Positions 1-7,480 of a stretch of 15,599 nt of DNA are shown here, in pieces; within the stretch, counting starts at the first letter, position 1; every line of letters starts with the position of its first letter. Source of the stretch: Azolla caroliniana (Eukaryota; Plantae; Polypodiophyta); assembly GCA_043228905.1 (NCBI GenBank), contig JBHGNT010000791.1, positions 1 through 15,599 of the forward strand, in the 5' to 3' direction. Both the position numbers and the translations under genes were made by a program. The notes under the pieces were generated by a model, which made no database searches, was not told the DNA's origin, and saw only the letters and a list, made by a program, of their open reading frames with translations.

Positions 1-2717
1 CCCCGGTCCGCAATCACTTGTCCTACGCAGCCGTACCTACAAAACACTTCTTCCAAAAGAAATTGGCACACCGCGGCACACGTTTTCCTCCGAAGTGCTC
101 GACCTTCAACTTGGTTTGTGAGATCTTCTCGAGCTAACACCAAGTATTTCTTTTGTCCAATCCCGGTCGGCATAGCTACAATGTCGGCCATCCACTTGAA
201 GTTGATTGTCGGTGAGAATGTCGGATGCAGCTCATCTCGGTGTCAGACCCCGGAGTAGACTTGACATTTCTCGCAGCTTTCTGTGAACTCCGCGACATCT
301 TTATACATGTTCTTCCACCAATATCTTTGCTTGATTTTCACAAAAGTTGCCCATGTTCCTCGATGTCCAGCCCAATCGGATTCGTGGAACTCGGACATTA
401 TCCGGTTTCGTTGCTCTTTCGTCCCGACTACTCGAAGTGGTATCCCATCCGGTCTTTTCGGCGTCCTCCATATTAAACCGTTTTCCAAGAAGAACTTTTG
501 GACTTGCCTCTTCTTCCTTCGGATCTCGGCTCTCCTTTCTTTATCATTGGTTGAATCCTCGACCTCTTGTAGCATCTTCCCGATCATCAAGGTTTCCCCC
601 TCGTATTCTTCTTCCCGGAATTCTCGGATCACGTTCACTCGGCATATGTGTTCTGACGTGAAGTAGTCTTCGGAAACTTCTTCATTATCTGATTCGGTTA
701 TGTCGTCTTCAAACCGCGCCCTCGATAACATGTCCGCTACCGCGTTGTCCTTCCCCGAGATGTGTCGAACCTCCGGATTAAGTGACTTGACATATGCAAT
801 CCACCTTAGCATAGCCACATCCGGTATCGTACAACACCGCATCATCCCGAGTATCGGAAGACAATCCGTCTCGATCACCACTTCAGCTCCGATCAAATAA
901 TCTCGATCCGATTTTATCGCCGACACGACTCCCCACAATTCTCTTTTGACTTGTGCATATCCGTGTTGCCTTTCGTTGAGGACCTTTGCTCCAAATCGGA
1001 TCGGATACCGCGAACCATCCGAGTCGGCTTGATTGATGACCCACCCGATACCGGTTGGACTTGTATCAACCGTTACTATGATTGGCCGCTCGTAGCTTGG
1101 CTTCTTAAGTGATTCCGCCCTCCATAGTGTCTTCTTGAGCTTCCTCATGGCTTTAGTGTGTTCCGGTTTCCACTCGAATTTCTTACCTTTCCGCAACAAG
1201 TGATAGAGCGGGTCCGCTATATGTGCATAGTGCGGAATCCATATGTGATAGAATGCACACGAACCCAGAAACCTTCGGACTTCCGATGTTGACTCACATA
1301 CTTCCTTCATAGCTTGAATCGCATCGATCTTTGTTGGTGACGGTCTTCGGCCGTAGGGTCCACATAGATGTCCGACCACCAATATTTCTTCTTGCCCGAA
1401 TGCCGATTTCTCCCCGGAAAGTGTTAGGTGCACATCTTCTAGCTTTCGCAACACTTTCTCGCAATCATGAATATGGTCGACCACGAACTTTCGGCATCCC
1501 CGATCATCCATAGTCTCATCTTTTTCTTCCACCGCGCATCCTTTCATCGGAATGTCATCTAGAAACGGCATCGTTATCTCCGGGATGCAATCTCGAAGCA
1601 CCTTGTTCATCGCGTTCATCATATGTGCAACCGAGTTTGTCGCTCCTTGTGGTAGTGTGCACATTCGAACTAGTCCTATCGGTGTCCGCATGGTAGTGAT
1701 GTCTCAGCTCTCCACGGCTAGTTGGAATTGGTCATACCCCGAGTATAGGTCCCCGATGGAGTATATCGCACGTCCGGCAAAAGCTTCCGCGAATTCGTCC
1801 ACTATCGGACCGACTCCCGAGTTCCGGATCGTGACCTTGTTCACCGGTTGCAAGTCTTGGATGAATCGGAGTGACCCATTCTTCTTCGGAACCGTAAACC
1901 ATCGATTTGAGTACGGAGCACTTGATGGCTCTAGAATCCCCATCGCCACCTTCTCCTTGAGCAAGTCGATGACTTTCGGAATATGCGCCCGTGGCACCGG
2001 AATCGGCTTCAGGTTCCACGGTACATGATCAATCGTGAAAATCACCATCGGCTCCACTATCTTTGGATCAATGCATCCGATCTCCCTCGATGTGAACGCG
2101 AATGCTTTGCCATGTTGCTCCAACATCTCTCGAAACCGTTTTTCTTCTTCTTGTAAGAGGAACCCACCTCCACCGATCCGAAGTTTCTTCCGGGTCTCAT
2201 CTGTGAAGGCATGTCCGATATCCACGGACTTCCGAAGTGTCGGATCTCCCGAGACTTCTTTCTTCTTTTGTTCGCTATCGGCGGGTAGTGGTCCCGCGGC
2301 TGGTTTCACCTTCTTCTCCACGGTCTTGTATTTCGTACTTACCATTGCTTCTTCTTTGCGGAGCGCATCCGGCCCCATTTTCGCAACGATCTCGTACATC
2401 TCGACCGATTCCACCGGGACTACCCGGTTCCCTTGGCTTTTATCTTCCGCAAGCTCTTCAAGCCGTTGTAGTGTATCCCCATAGAACACTTCCTCGATCA
2501 CTCCCACGATTTCTTCGTCTTCTTTTATTATTGATGCCGACCGTAACTTATCCTCCACTTGTCGGTATTGTTTCTTCATTCCTCCGGTTACGGCCGTGTA
2601 CGTAGATGCCCCATCCGGGCCGATTCGTACTTGTTTTGCTCCGAGAGTTTTCTTCCTGTGTGGGGTATCAGGGCTTCTCGGACTATCACTTCCCCACTCC
2701 GCAACAGTCCGCTTTAA
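1..2717 (-). pseudogene. pol: pol (RT - RNase H - integrase) in the -1 frame relative to gag-pro, interrupted by two in-frame TGA codons
   Basis: Track ORFs 1704-2579 and 243-1691 share one frame, which is open from 2795 and continues past 243 to base 1. RT: DLYSGYDQ, LPQGATNS, FLDD (1554-1565). RNase H: VDTS..RELWG..ETDC..ADMLSR. Integrase: HHCC (FHESDWAGH..CEKC) and core KWMADIV...VIADRG. Stops at 1706-1704 (VES*DIT) and 245-243 (SGV*HRD). Confidence 0.92.
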
Positions 2718-2723
2718 AAATCC
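2660..2723 (-). promoter_or_regulatory. Predicted -1 programmed ribosomal frameshift signal: slippery heptamer GGAUUUU plus downstream pseudoknot
   Basis: Minus strand reads G GAT TTT (2723-2717), then spacer TAAAG. Stem 1 is CGGACTGTTGC (2711-2701) with GTGATAGTCCG (2689-2679). Loop GTGGGG (2697-2692) is complementary to CCCCAC (2665-2660). Confidence 0.78.
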
Positions 2724-4753
2724 ATTCTCACTTGGGACAAGAGTTCCCTCTTGTTCCTTTCGTGATTTGCCGGCACCGTTAGGAATTGGACGGATTTACC
2801 TCCGTTTTGGCTCCGAATTCGCGCAAAAGCCGCACCACTATCGAGCACCTTCGTCCCCATCCGTGAAGCCGTGATAAAGGGTTGGCCGAGGATGACAGAA
2901 TGTGAAACCTCATCCTGCACAAAGAAATTTTGGTCAATTTCGACATCCCCGATCTTTACCGTCACATCCGGACAAGCCGCAAATAGGTCTTCTGTCGTTT
3001 TCGTGGCTGCCCGAATCTTCCATCCATGGTTGGTATTTATAGGCCACTTCCCCTTTCGGTAGAACTCCTTGGACATCAAGTTGATCTCCGATCCGTGATC
3101 AATCAATGCTAGCACGGGTTCTTTGATGTTGCCGATTCGGACCGGAGTCTCCGTAGTCGCACGTGCCCAGTGTGGCCTTGTATAGTGGGAGTTCGGAATT
3201 TCGCCTTCCACTTCGGTGTCGTTCATTGAAACGGTATTTGCATTCACCCTTGGAGCATTTTCCTCCGTACTTTGTCTCTTCCTTTTCACGAGATCCACGA
3301 GAAGATCGTGAAACTCCTTCTTCGCTATTCCGAGTAGTTCCCGCAGCGAAAAATCTACCCGGCTATCCAAGATTCTTTCCTCGAACACTCTTTTCAAGTC
3401 GGTTTGTTGTTCTATGTCCGAGGCGAGCTTGAATGCCGGAGTCGCCTTTTCTTTTCCCTTACCTCCGGAGTTCCAGCTTTCCGTTATCTTCGATGGTCTG
3501 GCCGCATCCTCCGTGCGCCGTTGTTTCTCGTCCACATACACCTCATGTAATTGACACAGGGCGTATATGCTATTCTTATCGACAGGGCATTCCCATCCCG
3601 TAGCTTCCCGGACGCCTTCCGCGGTGTTTCGGATATCGTTGGAGTCGGTTTTCTCGGTGTTTCCTAGCACCTCCGGCCAGAAAGACGCCTTCGCTCCCGA
3701 TGACTCCCTGACACATATTCCCGCGGTTGTCGCATAGTTGCTTCTTGCCGCTAACTCCTCCTCGAGCACCTTCTTCATGCCGCCTTTCCGGAAGTTCGGT
3801 CGGAGTGGCTTCCGAGAGTCCATCGAATGAATCCGGTTTCCCTCGTAGTAGATGAGATCCCGTCGTAGCGCCTCCTTATGGTCGTCGCAATCCCTCCGAT
3901 CGTGTTCGGCGCTATCGCACCATATGCACCGTCGATCCGTATATTTGGAGCTTGTGGGGCGGTCATCCGACTTCTTCACCATCGCGATCTTTAGATTCTC
4001 CATCTCCTTCAGCAGCTGCTCCACCGTAGACGCGTCGACTCCCTTCTCGGCCGTAATCTCCCGAGCCCTCGGTTGATGGTCTTCCAGTCCCGTTCTCGGT
4101 TTCGGAATCGGTTCCGAAACCCTCTTTTCTTCGTTGGCAAGCCATTGCCCCCTCTTCGTGTACCGCGCGACGATATCCCGCACGCTTTCCCATGTTTCAG
4201 TGAGGCCGCTTTCGGTGGTCGTGTCCTCAAGAAGCACTCCGAGATCTTTCCGGTCCCGGACGTCCACAGCTCGCAAAAACATGATGACTTTGTCCGGTGC
4301 AAGAATAGTTTGATCTCTCGCGGACAACCTCCCGAACCGACTTTCGAATGTCGAAAACACTTCGAGGACCTTCAGCCCCTTACCTGACGTTTCCACCCAA
4401 TCCTCGAATCCCCTCCGCGTTGCCTTGGAGGAGTCCTCGATGGCAAACGTGGTCTTTAACGCCTCTTCGAATGCTTCCCACGTCGGATTTTGTTGTTGCA
4501 ACCCGTGGATACTCCCTTGAAGCCCGTCGGTCGCCACCCGGTTAAAGGATGTCACTTGCAGTCCTTCCGAAGCCTGGCACCGGAGCATCTCCGCCTTGTA
4601 GTCCTGCAAATATCGCGACACATCCTTACCATTAAATTGCCCGTTGCGTTGCACGAGCCGCTCTACTGATGCCGAAATCTCCGACATCGTGCGTTGTTCT
4701 TGAAGCATCCGTTCGAACATCGCCATCATATTGTTAGCTTGTTGAGCCTCCAT
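2714..4753 (-). CDS. gag: Gag + aspartic protease polyprotein (ORF1, 679 aa from ATG 4753; frame open to GTG 4840)
   Basis: Intact ORF. CX2CX4HX4C knuckle CIWCDSAEHDRRDC at 3887-3928. Retropepsin-like ALIDHGSEINLM (DHG at 3092-3100) and ILGQPF. First ATG is in good context (gagATGG). Stop TAA at 2716-2714. Confidence 0.9.
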   Translation of the reverse strand: MEAQQANNMMAMFERMLQEQRTMSEISASVERLVQRNGQFNGKDVSRYLQDYKAEMLRCQASEGLQVTSFNRVATDGLQGSIHGLQQQNPTWEAFEEALKTTFAIEDSSKATRRGFEDWVETSGKGLKVLEVFSTFESRFGRLSARDQTILAPDKVIMFLRAVDVRDRKDLGVLLEDTTTESGLTETWESVRDIVARYTKRGQWLANEEKRVSEPIPKPRTGLEDHQPRAREITAEKGVDASTVEQLLKEMENLKIAMVKKSDDRPTSSKYTDRRCIWCDSAEHDRRDCDDHKEALRRDLIYYEGNRIHSMDSRKPLRPNFRKGGMKKVLEEELAARSNYATTAGICVRESSGAKASFWPEVLGNTEKTDSNDIRNTAEGVREATGWECPVDKNSIYALCQLHEVYVDEKQRRTEDAARPSKITESWNSGGKGKEKATPAFKLASDIEQQTDLKRVFEERILDSRVDFSLRELLGIAKKEFHDLLVDLVKRKRQSTEENAPRVNANTVSMNDTEVEGEIPNSHYTRPHWARATTETPVRIGNIKEPVLALIDHGSEINLMSKEFYRKGKWPINTNHGWKIRAATKTTEDLFAACPDVTVKIGDVEIDQNFFVQDEVSHSVILGQPFITASRMGTKVLDSGAAFARIRSQNGGKSVQFLTVPANHERNKRELLSQVRMDF

Positions 4754-5048
4754 CTCCTTGCCACCCGTCTTCACGTCGGGTTCACCAACTGTGTCGTGCC
4801 TTTCGGCTCCGAATCGTTGCGTGAGTCGGGTGGGAACCACAGAGGTCTTGGACTAGGAGAAAGAAGTTCGTGAGATAGAGATTAATTATGAGTAAATAGC
4901 AAAGAGAAAGATAAGAAACTCGTGAATCACACGAGTATACTATATTAATTGGTACTTAGGGTGTTAAGAGAGAAGTAGATGTATAAATCGTGAATCCCAC
5001 AAATAATTTTTGTATTGATTAATACTTAATCCAAATAATCAACAACCC

Positions 5049-5079
5049 TTTATATATTTCTCTCCTCCTTATATAAGGA
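5049..5079 (-). promoter_or_regulatory. Candidate LTR TATA boxes
   Basis: Minus strand TATATAAG lies within the palindrome TCCTTATATAAGGA (5066-5079), and a second TATATAAAGGG starts at ~5056. The position inside the LTR is plausible for the U3 promoter. Confidence 0.5.
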
Positions 5080-5438
5080 AGGAAGAGCTAAGCATGGCTT
5101 CATGCTTTTTTTACAAAAAGTGTTCATGTCCACTAAATGTGCATGTGATGCTTTTTTATTTCCTAAGTATAGGGCTCATGCACGCTAGATGTGCATGAGT
5201 TATTTTTAGTGTCTCGTATTCTTTTTCATATATTAAAAAAAATACACGATTTACCTTTTAATAAAGGTATGCATAAATAAAGGTCTTATAGGTATTAAAT
5301 CTATATTCAAAACACTTAAGATAAGTTAATGTAATGGTAAGGTTGGGGTTTGTCAACGTGGAGGTGTAGAGTTTGAATCACGCCTTGCGCAGTAGTGAGT
5401 ATTTCTTTTTTTTTACATTTATGTCTCTTTATCCGGCT

Positions 5439-5535
5439 CTTCCTGGCCGGTATGCCGTTTTCTTCCTTGCCGGTATGCCGTTTTCCTCCTTGCCGGTATG
5501 CCGTTTTCCTCCTTGCCGGTATGCCGTTTTCTTCC
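5439..5535. repeat. 23-bp tandem repeat, 4 full copies plus a partial, in LTR U3
   Basis: Unit c(t/c)tcct(t/g)gccggtatgccgtttt starts at 5439, 5462, 5485 and 5508, with partial cttcc at 5531. Confidence 0.95.
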
Positions 5536-5999
5536 GGTTCTCACCGAGCACTCCATTCTCTATCCGGAGGGACAAAAATATAATTTCCACATAGTGTGCA
5601 ACCTACACTACGACAGCGTGTCGTATTGATTCTACTACAGTTGGACACACTACACAATTAGGAGAGCTGAGGTTCCCACACTGCCATAATTCATTTAAAG
5701 TATTTATACACTTGAATTCATTTTTGCTTTAATAGTTAGAATATCTATAAACCAATGTATCTTTTTCATTTAATTTGCAAAACTTTCACCACGATTTCGA
5801 AGGAAATGAGATAAGGACAAGCTCATCAATTGTATATCGTCAACAAGCAATTGAAACATGCTACTATCAAAAGTAAGCCTATTAGTATCCCATGAACATG
5901 CCCCAATCAATATACTATCTTTTGAACCCAAGTTTTCTTCTCTTAAGCCCTAATGCATCATTACGTGATGTTCATGTAAATAATCGATAACACAAGTGG

Positions 6000-6438
6000 A
6001 TGGGTCATGATGATAAGATAACTATATTGAGGAATAGAATAAGAAAAGAAGAGGTAAATAAGATAAAATGTTAAGTGTAATAACAAAAAGAACAAGAGTA
6101 CAAGAGTACGCCCAAGACTGGCGATGAACCATAATGCATCATCAATACTAGGGAGTTGCGTATGTACCATAGTTGGACACATGCATGATTGTCCACTCAC
6201 GAATGCATGATCGCCATTTGGCATTCATGCAAGCCTTCCATTTGGAGGTAATACATTAACATGTGCAAGGTAGTGACATTTCATAATATTATTGTTATGT
6301 TCTAAACTATTTATGAAATCAATGTCATGTATAATATGATGCATTTAGTTGGTATCTTAGTTTACGGCTTTTTTTCAATGAATTCATAAGTTCAAATCTC
6401 CACGATAATGAAAATATTTTGTATATATGCTCATGAAA
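6000..6438 (-). repeat. Possible decayed 3' LTR of the chromovirus remnant
   Basis: Follows the PPT-like tract and starts TTTCATGA, resembling a TGTCATGA LTR start. The distal boundary is not determinable (tgtcatg/ggtcatga at ~6323 and ~6003). Confidence 0.25.
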
Positions 6439-6442
6439 CTAA

Positions 6443-7480
6443 TCCCTTCCTTTGACCATGAGTTCCATGAATCGCAATACACAAACTAGGACTTGTTCTA
6501 TTGGGATATCAAAGTTCTTTGGCATTAGCAAGATTTCTTATAGGCTCCCAAGTTCAATCATTAGGTGAGTAACTCAACCAATTAACCAAATGATATAACT
6601 TGTCATTCATAAACTTGAAGTCCAATCTCCAAAATGGTTTCCACCTTACATAGAGCGTCCACAAGATCCCAAATAGGGTGGAGGAACAACACAATCTACA
6701 ATAGAGATTAAATCGTAAAACTCTAAAAACGAGACACATGGAACACTAGATGAATATGTATATGAGGAGAAAGTTTGACTATGATCAATATGTATATGAA
6801 AATGCAGATTCATTGATCTGATCAAAGATTACATATGAACCACCAAGACATGATCTGCAATGTTTGACTATCAGTATCGAGGTCATAGCTCGAAGAGGTT
6901 TTGCATACAATTTGGAGTAGCTCAAGCAATTGTTCTCAAAATTTAGAGACGAATTTTGAACCTCAATCATTGTTGATGTCATTTGGAAGACCATGATGCC
7001 TAAACATTTTGCGCACAAACAAAATCTATTGTTTCTTAGATTTGGATAGTCTTCATGCATAGAAGAAAATGTGTCTTCTTAGTATATTGGTCTATCATAA
7101 TGAGAATGACACCTAAAGAGATCAACAATGAAATTCAAAAAGATTCCACTAACTGTAAGGGTTGCATGAATATGTGCAATATGTGCGGTTGCAATTTGTA
7201 GGGTTTGTTGGGTCAAGAAATGTAAATGCATGTTAACACATGTACACGCTTGTGTTACTTGAGCAGGTCCATCAAGGACCCGAACCAAGGAAGATGGCTT
7301 CGTCGAGGAATGATTGTATGCAATGATATTTTGATATCCTCTCTCCCTTGTTTTCCATGAATACACTTGTAGGTTCTCTCTTGTGCTCAAGACAAATTCC
7401 TTGTAATTTTCTCTTTAATGTATAATTTGGCTCGGCTCGTCGAATATGTGCACCAGATCATTTGTGAACGAGTTTGAATA
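6443..7480 (-). mobile_element. Degenerate chromovirus (Ty3/Gypsy, Tcn1-like) remnant: integrase core, GPY/F module, chromodomain, PPT
   Basis: Manual minus-strand translation, with stops and frameshifts: HVLTC..KPYKLQP; NFIVDL; FVRKMFRHHGLPNDINND*GSKFVSKF*EQLLELLQIVCKTSSSYDLDTDSQT (integrase core); QINESAF..HIHLVFHVS (GPY/F); KVETIL/LDFKFMNDKLYHLVNWLSYSPND*TWEPIRNLANAKEL (chromodomain, ~6512-6647). Purine tract AAAGGAAGGGA at 6453-6443. Confidence 0.85.

Larger units (their letters stand above)
1..5680 (-). mobile_element. Ty3/Gypsy LTR retrotransposon (5' LTR, gag-pro, pol; 3' part lies outside the window)
   Basis: Minus-strand domain order is Gag/zinc knuckle, protease, RT, RNase H, integrase (Gypsy order). 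The element starts TGTGGGAACC at 5680, and the internal region is sharply more GC/CpG-rich than the flank beyond 5680. Confidence 0.96.
4831..5680 (-). repeat. Putative 5' LTR (~850 bp)
   Basis: Minus strand begins TGTGGGAACCTCAG (5680) and ends ...CTGTGGTTCCCA(CC) (4831/4829). The imperfect terminal inverted repeat GTGGGAACCwCAG matches 12/13. It contains TATA-like motifs and a tandem repeat. The partner LTR is not in the window, so the inner boundary is uncertain by ~2 nt. The outer flank 5681-5685 (ctgcc) would be one TSD copy. Confidence 0.72.

Noticed and set aside
1704-1706. Programmed stop-codon readthrough in pol
   Set aside because: The stop lies inside the conserved RT core at an Arg position and is more simply explained by CGA>TGA. 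The same applies to 243-245.
225-4545. Numerous plus-strand ORFs (e.g. 283-666, 1552-2028, 2035-2484) and short alternative-frame minus ORFs
   Set aside because: Antisense or overlapping shadows of the GC-rich gag/pol frames, with no recognisable motifs.
5439-5535. Possible CRISPR-like array
   Set aside because: Units are head-to-tail with no unique spacers, there are no cas genes, and the context is eukaryotic.
5373-5594. Two ORFs with repeated peptides (AGMPFSSLPVCRFPPCRYAVF)
   Set aside because: Translation artefacts of the 23-bp tandem repeat in the LTR.
6554-7390. Three same-frame minus ORFs as a host gene
   Set aside because: They are mosaics of in-frame and out-of-frame pieces of the decayed chromovirus integrase.
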